A stretch of DNA of 64,000 nt from Vicinamibacterales bacterium. Its GTDB lineage: Bacteria > Acidobacteriota > Vicinamibacteria > Vicinamibacterales > 2-12-FULL-66-21. Shown here piece by piece: positions 49,229-57,491 of the stretch. The DNA lies in contig DATAFJ010000137.1 in NCBI GenBank assembly GCA_036257535.1, positions 3,540-67,539 on the forward strand, given 5' to 3'. Each line of letters opens with the position of its first letter. The stretch's first letter is position 1. Position numbers and translations under genes: made by a program. Under the pieces are notes generated by a model, which saw only the letters and a program-made list of their open reading frames with translations, was not told where the DNA came from and searched no databases.

Positions 49229-51730
49229 ATGTTCAGACAGCTCCCGCTGGCCGCACGAATCTACGTCGGCGCGGTCATCGGCGTGGGTTTCGTTCTCCTT
49301 GTCAATTACCTGCCGGAAGCGAAATTCGACCGGCCGGTGATGTTCGCGGCCCTGTTGGGCCTGTCGGCACTCACGTCGGTTTTCAAAGTCAATCTGCCGC
49401 TCGCACGACGCGCATCGACGATGTCGGTGTCGTACGCGGTGGATTTCGCCTCGCTGCTGATCCTCGGGCCAAACGAAACGATGCTGGTGGCAGCGGCGAG
49501 CGCGTGGAGCCAGTGCACGTTCCGGATCAAGGAACGGAACCCCACGCATCGAACGCTGTTCAGCATGGCCTGCCTCATCATCACCGTACAGGCCGCGGGA
49601 CGTGTCTATCTGGCGATGAAAGGCCAACTGGGCGCCGTTGACCTGGATACGATCGAAGGTCCGCTGGTGGGCGCCGCCACCACGTATTTCGTCGTCAACA
49701 CGATGACGATCGCGACCGCGATCGCGTTGACGAACCGCCAGCAGCCGATTATCCGCGTCTGGAACGAGAACTTCCTCTGGAGCGCGCCGAGCTACTTCGT
49801 GGGCGCGCTCGCGGCGGCCGGCGCCACCTGGATCCTCGAGAAGTCACTGCTCTTGCTGGCGCCGCTCGCGGCCGCGCCGCTCTATCTCACGTATCGCACG
49901 TATCGGGTGTATCTCGGACGCATCGAAGACGAGCAGCGGCACGTGCAGGAGATCTCGGACCTGCACCTCGCGACGATCGAGGCGCTCGCGCTCGCCATCG
50001 ACGCGAAGGATCAGACGTCGCAGACGCACATCCGGCGCGTGCAGCTATATGCGGCCGAGCTCGCACGCTCCATGGGCATGTCCGCCAACGAGATCCAGGG
50101 CGTGAAAACCGCGGCGCTGCTGCACGACATCGGCAAGCTGGCGGTGCCCGAGCACATTCTCTCGAAGCCGGGGCCGCTCACTCAGGAAGAATTCCAGAAG
50201 ATTCGAGCGCATCCGAAAGTCGGCGCCGAGATCATCAGCGCGGTTCCATTCCCGTACCCGGTGGCGCCGCTGATCCTCTGCCATCACGAGCGCTGGGATG
50301 GGAAGGGCTACCCTGCGGGGCTCAAGGGAGACGAGATTCCGCTCGGCGCGCGCATTCTGTCGGTCGTCGACTACTTCGACGCGCTGATGGCCGAACGGCC
50401 CTATCACAAGGCGATGAGCTTCGACGCCGCCGTCGGGCTCCTGAAACAGGAAGCGGGCAAGGGGCTCGATCCTGTCATCGTGTCCCGGTTCGTCGAGATG
50501 CTTCCCGATCTTCAGGCGCAGGCGGCGACACTCGAGCAGGGCGCGATCCGGCGCCTCACGTTCGACGAAAAGCCTTCAGACGTGGGCCGTCCCGCGACGG
50601 GTCTCTCGCCCGAGCCGGCGCGCAAGAACGTCTTCGAGGACATCGCGCTCGCGCACCGCGAGATCTACGCGCTCTACGAGATCGCGCAGGCGATGGGCAC
50701 GAGCCTTGGTGTCGCGGACACGATGGCGCTGATCTCGGCAAAGCTCAGCAACCTCGTACCGTTCTCGTGCTGCGCGCTGTTCCTCCACGACGAGGAGGCG
50801 GATGCGCTCCGGTGCCGATTCGCTACCGGCGTCGACGCCGAGATCATCCAGCAGGTGACCGTGCGGAGCGGTGAGGGCCTGACGGGCTGGGTAGCGAGGA
50901 ACCGCCGGCCGCTCGTCAACGCCCGGCCGAGCGCCGACATCGAAGCCGCCGGGCTGCCGCACCTCGCGACGACGCTGCAGTCCGCGCTCGTGTGTCCGCT
51001 GGTCTTCAGCGAGAGATTCATCGGGACGCTGTCGGTCTACCACACTGAGCCCGCGTTCTACCGCGAGGATCATCGCCGTCTGCTCGACCGCGTGTCGGAG
51101 CAGGCGTCGGCCGTCATCAACAACTCGATCGTGTTCGAGCAGACCCAGGAAGATTCGCTGACCGATCCGCTCACCGGCCTACCGAACACACGGTTCCTCT
51201 TCATGCACCTGAGCCGCGAGCTCGCGCGCGCCGAGCGGCTGAAGTCGGAAGTGGCGCTGCTCGTGATGGACCTCGATCACTTCAAGGACATCAACGACAA
51301 CCACGGCCACCACGTCGGCGACCGGGCGCTCTGCGAGGTCGCGCGGGTGCTGCGCGCCGCGATCCGTCCTTACGACATCTGCGTGCGCTACGCCGGCGAC
51401 GAGTTCATCGTGGTTCTATCGGGCTGCAGCCCCGACGAGGCGGAACAGAAGCGCCACGAGCTGCAGCGCGCGATCGACGACGTCTATTTCGAAGCGCGGC
51501 CGGGAAAGCGGCTCGCGCTCGGGATCAGCGTGGGATTCGCGGTCTTTCCGCAGGACGGCGAGTCGTACGAGACGCTGCTCGCTACGGCCGACAGCCGGAT
51601 GTATCAGGACAAGGTCACGCGCAAGCGCCGCGCCTCTTCACGCGGTTCACACCCGTCTGAGAAACCGCTCTTTGCCCTGACCGAGGTCAGCGACGTCGAG
51701 ATTCAGCGCGCTGCGGCAGGCGTGCTCTGA
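49229..51730 (+). CDS. Membrane sensor protein with HD-GYP, GAF and GGDEF (AGDEF) domains
   Basis: About 7 N-terminal transmembrane helices. HD-GYP: LLHDIGKL...HHERWDGKGYP. GAF region. GGDEF domain with RYAGDEF and RPYD (RxxD I-site) five residues upstream. Confidence 0.9.
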   Translation: MFRQLPLAARIYVGAVIGVGFVLLVNYLPEAKFDRPVMFAALLGLSALTSVFKVNLPLARRASTMSVSYAVDFASLLILGPNETMLVAAASAWSQCTFRIKERNPTHRTLFSMACLIITVQAAGRVYLAMKGQLGAVDLDTIEGPLVGAATTYFVVNTMTIATAIALTNRQQPIIRVWNENFLWSAPSYFVGALAAAGATWILEKSLLLLAPLAAAPLYLTYRTYRVYLGRIEDEQRHVQEISDLHLATIEALALAIDAKDQTSQTHIRRVQLYAAELARSMGMSANEIQGVKTAALLHDIGKLAVPEHILSKPGPLTQEEFQKIRAHPKVGAEIISAVPFPYPVAPLILCHHERWDGKGYPAGLKGDEIPLGARILSVVDYFDALMAERPYHKAMSFDAAVGLLKQEAGKGLDPVIVSRFVEMLPDLQAQAATLEQGAIRRLTFDEKPSDVGRPATGLSPEPARKNVFEDIALAHREIYALYEIAQAMGTSLGVADTMALISAKLSNLVPFSCCALFLHDEEADALRCRFATGVDAEIIQQVTVRSGEGLTGWVARNRRPLVNARPSADIEAAGLPHLATTLQSALVCPLVFSERFIGTLSVYHTEPAFYREDHRRLLDRVSEQASAVINNSIVFEQTQEDSLTDPLTGLPNTRFLFMHLSRELARAERLKSEVALLVMDLDHFKDINDNHGHHVGDRALCEVARVLRAAIRPYDICVRYAGDEFIVVLSGCSPDEAEQKRHELQRAIDDVYFEARPGKRLALGISVGFAVFPQDGESYETLLATADSRMYQDKVTRKRRASSRGSHPSEKPLFALTEVSDVEIQRAAAGVL

Positions 51731-51737
51731 TTCCCGC

Positions 51738-51959
51738 TTACTCGACCCAGTCAGCCGTTCGTCCTTGAAGCCCGGCGACGACGAACGCAACGCCGGTCGC
51801 GCCGAGGATCAGCCCGAAGCCGTCCGTCAGTGCTGATTCCCACGCAAACTCGAACAGCCACAACGCGCCGGCCGGCGCTACAAGTGCGAGGCCTACCGCG
51901 ATTGCCGCGCGGCGCGAATACGCGCGCCTCAGTACGAAGCCTCGCAGTCGTCTCAGCAT
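51738..51959 (-). CDS. Small hypothetical two-helix membrane protein
   Basis: 73 aa with two hydrophobic segments. No family recognised. Confidence 0.4.
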   Translation of the reverse strand: MLRRLRGFVLRRAYSRRAAIAVGLALVAPAGALWLFEFAWESALTDGFGLILGATGVAFVVAGLQGRTADWVE

Positions 51960-51970
51960 GTCGGGCCCTA

Positions 51971-52009
51971 CTGAATTCTGTATTCTGTATTCTTAATTCT
52001 TAATTCTAG
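51971..52009. repeat. Tandem heptanucleotide array R7, AT-rich (CTGAATT CTGTATTx2 CTTAATTx2 CTAG)
   Basis: Read directly. It ends exactly at the ATG 52010 of the oxidoreductase gene. It has the same unit family and the same orientation relative to the downstream gene as R6. Confidence 0.9.
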
Positions 52010-52717
52010 ATGTCTTCCACCATGACGCTGCGTGTGGCGGGCCTCCGCACGGCCACGCCTGGTACACGCATCGTCCGCCTCGCCCTGGGTCCTCAGCCAT
52101 TCGAGTTTCTCGCGGGTCAGGCGGTGCTCATCGGAGCGCCAGGCCAGGATCAGCCGCGCCCGTACTCGATCGCCTCCTCGCCGGAGGAGACCCGCCGAAC
52201 GGGGCTGCTCGAGTTCCTGATGAAAGTGGACGACGGCGGCGACCCAGGACCGCACCTGCGGGGTCTCGCGAGGGGCATGAACGTCGAGGTCGTCGGCCCG
52301 TACGGCACGTTCGTCTTCCCGCCAGACCCTCCCGAGCGCCGCTTTCTGTTCATCGCCGGCGGCACCGGCATCGCGCCGCTCCGCTCGATGCTTCGGCACG
52401 CGCTGGCCTCACGCGTACCGGGAGAGTTCGCCGTTGCCTACAGCGCGCGCACGCCCAACGACTTCGCGTACCGCGACGAGCTTCGGCGCCTGGTGCGTGC
52501 TGGCCGCATCCGCCTGGAGCTGATGGTGACGAGAGAAGCGCCGCCCCGATGGCGAGGGCACCGAGGTCGCGTCGGTCAGCCGCGGCTGACGCCGCTCGTG
52601 ACCGACCCTGCGACGCTGTGCTTCATCTGCGGTCCGCCGCCGATGCTGGTCGAGATGCCGCCGATCCTGACGGCGCTCGGAGTACCCAGCGATCGAATCC
52701 TTATGGAAACCTGGTGA
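52010..52717 (+). CDS. Ferredoxin-NADP reductase-like FAD/NAD(P)-binding oxidoreductase
   Basis: RPYSIAS (RxYS FAD motif), GPYG.F, FIAGGTGIAPLRSML and CGPPPM. Confidence 0.85.
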   Translation: MSSTMTLRVAGLRTATPGTRIVRLALGPQPFEFLAGQAVLIGAPGQDQPRPYSIASSPEETRRTGLLEFLMKVDDGGDPGPHLRGLARGMNVEVVGPYGTFVFPPDPPERRFLFIAGGTGIAPLRSMLRHALASRVPGEFAVAYSARTPNDFAYRDELRRLVRAGRIRLELMVTREAPPRWRGHRGRVGQPRLTPLVTDPATLCFICGPPPMLVEMPPILTALGVPSDRILMETW

Positions 52718-52726
52718 CCGACGTCA

Positions 52727-53500
52727 TCAGATTCCCATCACCTGGAATCCGGCGTCGACGAAAAGGATCTCCGCGGTGACGGCCCGGCCCGAAGGGCCGA
52801 GGAGAAAGAGCGCGGCATCGGCGACTTCGGCCGTTTCCACGGTCCTTCGGAGCGGCGCCCGGTCGCGATACTGCTGGAGGATGCCGCTGAAGCCGGAGAT
52901 GCCGGACGCGGCGAGTGTCTTGATCGGTCCCGCCGAGATGGCGTTCACGCGGATGCTCTTCGGGCCCAGCTCCGACGCCAGGTAGCGCACGGTCGCCTCG
53001 AGCGCCGCCTTCGCGACGCCCATGACGTTGTAGTTCGTGAAGACGCGCTTGCTGCCCAGGTACGTCAGCGTCAGGATGCTGCCGCCGCCGCGCTTTTCCA
53101 TTAACGGCACCGCGCCACGAGCCAGCGCGATCAGCGAGTACGCGCTGACGTCGAGCGAGATGCGGAACGCCTCGCGCGTCGTTTCGTAAAACGGCGCGGC
53201 GAGCGACTCGCGGGGCGCGAACGCCGCGCCGTGCACGAGAAAGTCGAGGCCGCCGAACTCGCCGTCCAGCTCGACGAAGACGTTTTCAATCTGCGCGTCA
53301 CTGGTGACGTCGAGCGGAAGCAGCAGTGGATCTTTCAGCTCAGCGGCGAGCTCGCGGACGTTCTCCTCGAGCCGCTCCCCCTGGTACGTCAGCGCGAGCC
53401 GTGCCCCGGCCGCGGCTGCGGCCTGCGCGATGGCCCAGGAGATCGAACGCTTGTTGGCGACTCCGACGATGAGTCCGTGCTTGCCCGCGAGCTGCGTCAT
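52727..53500 (-). CDS. fabI: Enoyl-ACP reductase FabI
   Basis: GK..LI.GVAN.RSI.W.IA, SAYSL, Y.G......NYNVMGVAKAALE and INAISAGPIKTLA. Confidence 0.9.
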   Translation of the reverse strand: MTQLAGKHGLIVGVANKRSISWAIAQAAAAAGARLALTYQGERLEENVRELAAELKDPLLLPLDVTSDAQIENVFVELDGEFGGLDFLVHGAAFAPRESLAAPFYETTREAFRISLDVSAYSLIALARGAVPLMEKRGGGSILTLTYLGSKRVFTNYNVMGVAKAALEATVRYLASELGPKSIRVNAISAGPIKTLAASGISGFSGILQQYRDRAPLRRTVETAEVADAALFLLGPSGRAVTAEILFVDAGFQVMGI

Positions 53501-54477
53501 TTCTTCGGCGGAAGGTACTTCTTCGGGAACTTCGCCATCACAGTGTAGTTCGGATCGACGACGTTCGCGATGCGCGAGTGGCCGACCTGCGACACGATCT
53601 GATAGGCCTCCATCTTTTCGAAGCCGTACTCGGCGACCAGCCAGTCGATCAGCTCCACCTGCGCGATTCGAAACGCGTCCACGAGTGGCCGGCCGCTGCC
53701 GGCCACCATGATGTCCTCCGCGTCCTCGTACCGCGGCCAGCGGATCTGCTTGCCCTTGATCAGATCCAGGTGAAGCGTGACGTCCATCGTGGTCTCGAGT
53801 CCGGAGCCGCAGATCTCTCCGTCCCCCTGGAGCGCGTGGCCGTCGCCGAAATAAAAGTACGCGCCTTCATGGAAGATCGGCAGATACACGGTTGTGCCCT
53901 CGCGCGCGTCGGGCGAATCCATGTTGCCGCCGAAGTCGCCGGGCCAGAGTCCGCCAAACGCCTCCTCGCCTGCCGGCGCGACCGCGAGCCGCCCCAGCAT
54001 CGGACTGAGCGCAACCTCGATCCGCTTGGAGGCCGAGTTCGGCAGCTCGAGGATGCCGACGTTCCGCGCGCGATCGAGCGTCCAGACGAACCGCCGCGCC
54101 GGCATCGGATCGTTCAGCATGCGCGTCCGATTGTCCGAAGCCACGGCGCTGATCCCGTTCGGCCGGACATTGGACACCGCGGTGTCGCGGTTCGGGCGAA
54201 CCTTGATGATCCGCACGACCAGCGTGTCGCCGGGCGTAGCTCCTTCTATGTAGAAGGGGCCGACTTCGCCCGGCCACGAGCCGCCATCCTTTTCATAGTA
54301 GTCGCCGGGTCTGGAGAACGTGCGGGACTCGACGGTGTCTCCCGGCGTGATGCGGAGGACGGGCGGCCTCACGGCGAACGTCTGCACGCCCTGCGTAGGT
54401 TCGAACTTGACGACGTCGGCCGACAGGGGAGAAGCCGACAGGCACGAGGCAGCCACGAACCAGATCGCGCGACGCAT
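53497..54477 (-). CDS. Acetamidase/formamidase family protein (secreted)
   Basis: Signal peptide. GP..IEGA.PGD.L.V.I, GGN.D......G..VYLP....GA.F..GD.HA.QGDGE. ATGA overlap with the fabI start. Confidence 0.8.
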   Translation of the reverse strand: MRRAIWFVAASCLSASPLSADVVKFEPTQGVQTFAVRPPVLRITPGDTVESRTFSRPGDYYEKDGGSWPGEVGPFYIEGATPGDTLVVRIIKVRPNRDTAVSNVRPNGISAVASDNRTRMLNDPMPARRFVWTLDRARNVGILELPNSASKRIEVALSPMLGRLAVAPAGEEAFGGLWPGDFGGNMDSPDAREGTTVYLPIFHEGAYFYFGDGHALQGDGEICGSGLETTMDVTLHLDLIKGKQIRWPRYEDAEDIMVAGSGRPLVDAFRIAQVELIDWLVAEYGFEKMEAYQIVSQVGHSRIANVVDPNYTVMAKFPKKYLPPKK

Positions 54478-54479
54478 GG

Positions 54480-55061
54480 TCAGCGTGATCGCTTCTTCTG
54501 CCGGCCGCCGTGCTGAGGGTGCGCACCGCCGCGATTGAACCGTCCGCCTCCCTGGGGTGCCCCGAAGCGGTGCCCGCGTCCCGCGCGTCCCTGGTCGCGG
54601 AAGCCGCGCGAGCCGGGCTGCCGAATCGTAAAGTCCGGCGCGGGGCGTTCCTTCGGGATGCCTTCAGGGCGTGGCAGCGTGGCGCGGATCAGCGACCGGC
54701 GCACCGGCCCCTCGTCGCGGGGAGCAGCGTCGGGCGCGTCCCCCGGGCCCTCCTCGGAGCCTGGCAGATCGCCGTTCGAGCTCACGGTGGACGCGCCGGG
54801 CTCGACGACTTTCGACGGGGCAGCGTCGGTCTGATCGCTCATACCGGACAAAACCTCGTTGTAGAGGGCTTCTGGGCTTTCCTTCCGCCGTCGCTTGGGC
54901 GCGCTACCACCTTTGTAAGCGTGCTCCGCGTCGCACGCCGTGCATCGCGTCTGCTGAATGGCGTCCGCCACCATCGCGACGACGGCGTGGTCGGTCACCC
55001 GCCGCTCGCGCGGACAATAGTCATCGACGATGTCACCGACCCGCAGGCGGCGCTGCTCCAC
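54480..55061 (-). CDS. Hypothetical protein with N-terminal CPxx...CxxC zinc-ribbon-like motif and an Arg/Gly-rich disordered tail
   Basis: DDYCPRERRV...TRCTACDAEH, then low-complexity sequence. No family recognised. Confidence 0.45.
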   Translation of the reverse strand: MEQRRLRVGDIVDDYCPRERRVTDHAVVAMVADAIQQTRCTACDAEHAYKGGSAPKRRRKESPEALYNEVLSGMSDQTDAAPSKVVEPGASTVSSNGDLPGSEEGPGDAPDAAPRDEGPVRRSLIRATLPRPEGIPKERPAPDFTIRQPGSRGFRDQGRAGRGHRFGAPQGGGRFNRGGAHPQHGGRQKKRSR

Positions 55062-55127
55062 GAAAACCCCCGGGACAGACCTATGGGAGGAATGAGAAAA
55101 CTGGGTTGCGCAGGTGGGGCGAGTCTA

Positions 55128-56459
55128 TCAGAGCCCCTGCCGGGGGCGCAAATGGATGGCGTCCACCCATTCGAGCGCCTTGTCGAGTGTCGCGTCGCGG
55201 CCGCGCGCGAGCGCCTCCCGCGAAATCGCCACTTCGACGTCCGGGATCACGCCACGGCCCTCGAGGCGATCGCCCGTTGCGGTCACGAAGTCACCGAAGG
55301 CGTGAACGAGGATGTCGCCGTTCGGCAGGCGGTCGAACAGCGCCGGAAGCGCCTGGCCCATCGTCTGGGTGCCGAACACGCGGGCGCGCCCGAGCGACTG
55401 CATTCCGCCCGTGAAACATTCCGACGCGCTGCCGGTCAGTCCATCGACGAGGATGGCGACCGGACCGGCATACGGTTCGACCGCCTTGCCCGACGCGTTC
55501 ACACGCCGCGGGTTCGCCATCAGCCGCAGCTCCCCGTCGCGCGTCTTCATCCTGCCGAGGAGAACGGGCTCGGAAAGGAAGTGACCCGAGAGGCCCATCA
55601 CCATCGCGGCCAGCCCGCCGGGGTTGCCGCGCAGATCGATGACGATTCCCGACGCCGTCCGGAACTCGTCGATGGCGCGCTGTACGAACCCGTCGACCGG
55701 CGTCATCCATGCGTTGAACCGGATGAGCCCGACCGTTCGACCGCCGGCCGTCGTCAGCGCGCGGCTGTAAGTACGCACCGCGAGCATCGGAAAGTGGCCG
55801 ATCTGAACGCGCTCGCCAGGCTCGGGATCGCGCCGCACAATCACGCCGCGCGGAGTGCCCGAGCCATCGTCGAATGCAATCTCGACCTGGGACCCGATGG
55901 GGCCGCGGACGTACGCCGTGAGCGTGCGCCATGCTTCGAAGCGGCTCAGCGCGGTCAGGCGTGAACGATCGAAGGGGCTCAGGATCTGGCCGACGGTCCT
56001 CCCGCCGACCGATGCGATCGCCCACCCGGCTTCCACCTTGCCCGTAGCCGGTCCGTCCGGATCGACGGCAACGACGATCGCCTCGCTCCCATCGAGCCGG
56101 AAGTCGAACCCGGGCCAGCCGGATTGATCGGCCGGTGCGTCACCGTCGGCAACTCCGCCGCTCGGCACGAGGGCGAAATGCGATTGACCGAGGCGCGCGA
56201 GCATGTCGCGGATGACTCCACGCAGCGCATCTGGCGTCGAGGCGGCGAGCGCGTGGGGGCGGAGCTCGTCACGGACCTTCGGCCAGTCGACGCCGTTGAA
56301 GGTCGTGTCGAAGTGCGTGTCGTTCACGATCTGCCAGACGCGATCGAAGGTCTCGACGCCCGCTTCCTGGGCGGCGGCGGCCAGGCATGAAGCGGCTGCG
56401 ACAGCCGTCAGGATCGGGCGGATGCGCGTGCGGATCGGAAGGTATCGGCGCGGGATCAC
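55128..56459 (-). CDS. S41 family (tail-specific/C-terminal processing-like) peptidase
   Basis: The GTG 56459 overlaps the upstream TGA (GTGA). Signal peptide ...ILTAVAAASCLAAAAQ. Catalytic region PVAILVDGLTGSASE. The tracked 774-aa ORF continues upstream over another gene's frame. Confidence 0.8.
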   Translation of the reverse strand: MIPRRYLPIRTRIRPILTAVAAASCLAAAAQEAGVETFDRVWQIVNDTHFDTTFNGVDWPKVRDELRPHALAASTPDALRGVIRDMLARLGQSHFALVPSGGVADGDAPADQSGWPGFDFRLDGSEAIVVAVDPDGPATGKVEAGWAIASVGGRTVGQILSPFDRSRLTALSRFEAWRTLTAYVRGPIGSQVEIAFDDGSGTPRGVIVRRDPEPGERVQIGHFPMLAVRTYSRALTTAGGRTVGLIRFNAWMTPVDGFVQRAIDEFRTASGIVIDLRGNPGGLAAMVMGLSGHFLSEPVLLGRMKTRDGELRLMANPRRVNASGKAVEPYAGPVAILVDGLTGSASECFTGGMQSLGRARVFGTQTMGQALPALFDRLPNGDILVHAFGDFVTATGDRLEGRGVIPDVEVAISREALARGRDATLDKALEWVDAIHLRPRQGL

Positions 56460-57232
56460 TTGACGAGCGCGCGGATCGCCTGCGGCAGCTCGAAGCTCGA
56501 TGCCGCGACGCCGCCGAACTCGACGCTGCTGATCGTGAGAACCTGTTCGGCCCCCATCGCACGCTGAACCTGGCGCGTCGGAATCTTCAGCCCGTCGAAC
56601 GCCCGGTAGTCGGACATCACGTTCGTCGCTTTCACGGATCCAAGCGGCGACTCGCGCGTGACGACCGAGCCGACGAGGAAGCCGGTCTCGACGTCGTAGA
56701 ACTCGAAGTCTTCGTCGCCGGTCTTTCTGAGCGCGCGGACCTTGTACGCGGGCCGTCCTTCGAAGTCCGTCCGTTCGACCGTCTCGAGCGCCTGGAAGCC
56801 TTCCTCGTGAAGCGCCGCATCGAAGTCGGACTCGAACCGGAGCTGCTCGAGCTGTTTGCCCTGAAGCAGCATCGGCCCCGTGATCGGGCTGACGATCCAG
56901 CCGGTCGAACCGTCGTAGCCGGTCTGCATTTCGCCGAGACCTTCGAGCGTGACTTTCAGCAGAAAGCGATCCGGCCGCGCGGCGACGAGCTCCAGCGTTC
57001 CAGTGATGCCCTGCGCCGGCATTGAGAACGTTCCCACGGCGCGGCGTGAAGCATGTTTGAGCACCACCTCGCGGCCGCCGATTGCGTCGACGTACTTGGC
57101 GATGATGTCGCCCGCGCGCGGTAGCGGCGGCGGCCCCTGTGCAACAGCAGGCGCCCTGATGCCCAACGTCAGCGCCAGCACGGTGACCAGAGACACGACA
57201 GGCGCCCAGCGGCGCGATGCAGTTGAATGCAC
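56456..57232 (-). CDS. Hypothetical secreted protein (LolA-like/outer-membrane lipoprotein-sorting fold suspected)
   Basis: GTG 57232 gives MHSTASRRWAPVVSLVTVLALTLGIRAPAVAQ, a signal peptide. Alternative starts exist up to 57295. The fold assignment is a guess from the beta-rich pattern. Confidence 0.5.
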   Translation of the reverse strand: MHSTASRRWAPVVSLVTVLALTLGIRAPAVAQGPPPLPRAGDIIAKYVDAIGGREVVLKHASRRAVGTFSMPAQGITGTLELVAARPDRFLLKVTLEGLGEMQTGYDGSTGWIVSPITGPMLLQGKQLEQLRFESDFDAALHEEGFQALETVERTDFEGRPAYKVRALRKTGDEDFEFYDVETGFLVGSVVTRESPLGSVKATNVMSDYRAFDGLKIPTRQVQRAMGAEQVLTISSVEFGGVAASSFELPQAIRALVK

Positions 57233-57269
57233 GGGTGCTTTCAGTGTAACACTCAGGGGGCGCCACCAC

Positions 57270-57491
57270 ATGCTCAAGGGTACCCGGCCGGGCATCGTTC
57301 AGCGGATTCAACCCGTCAGCATACACGGACAGATCTCGCTCGATCTGTACGTCACCGATCCGGACGAACCGGACGCGCAGGCTCGCGTCGCGCGTGTCGG
57401 CGAGGAGTCGGTCCCGCGCGGCCTCGAGCCTGGCGATCGCGTCGTCCTGCACTACATGCTGGGCGTCGTGACTAATGTGACCCGCGAGTAG
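57270..57491 (+). CDS. Candidate small TOBE/Mop-like domain protein (73 aa, not listed separately in the ORF track)
   Basis: The ATG follows AGGGGG and gives MLKGTRPGIVQRIQPVSIHGQISLDL...ARVGEESVPRGLEPGDRVVLHYMLGVVTNV. This resembles the TOBE pattern LKG.V..i......V.L.l......a.It..S...L.L..G..V.a. The mirror frame is also open, so the call is uncertain. Confidence 0.35.
   Translation: MLKGTRPGIVQRIQPVSIHGQISLDLYVTDPDEPDAQARVARVGEESVPRGLEPGDRVVLHYMLGVVTNVTRE

Noticed and set aside
56460-57452. Upstream two-fifths of the 774-aa ORF 55128..57452
   Set aside because: The S41 peptidase has its own signal peptide after GTG 56459. The upstream part overlaps the better-supported LolA-like gene in another frame and is Arg/Gly/Ala-rich.
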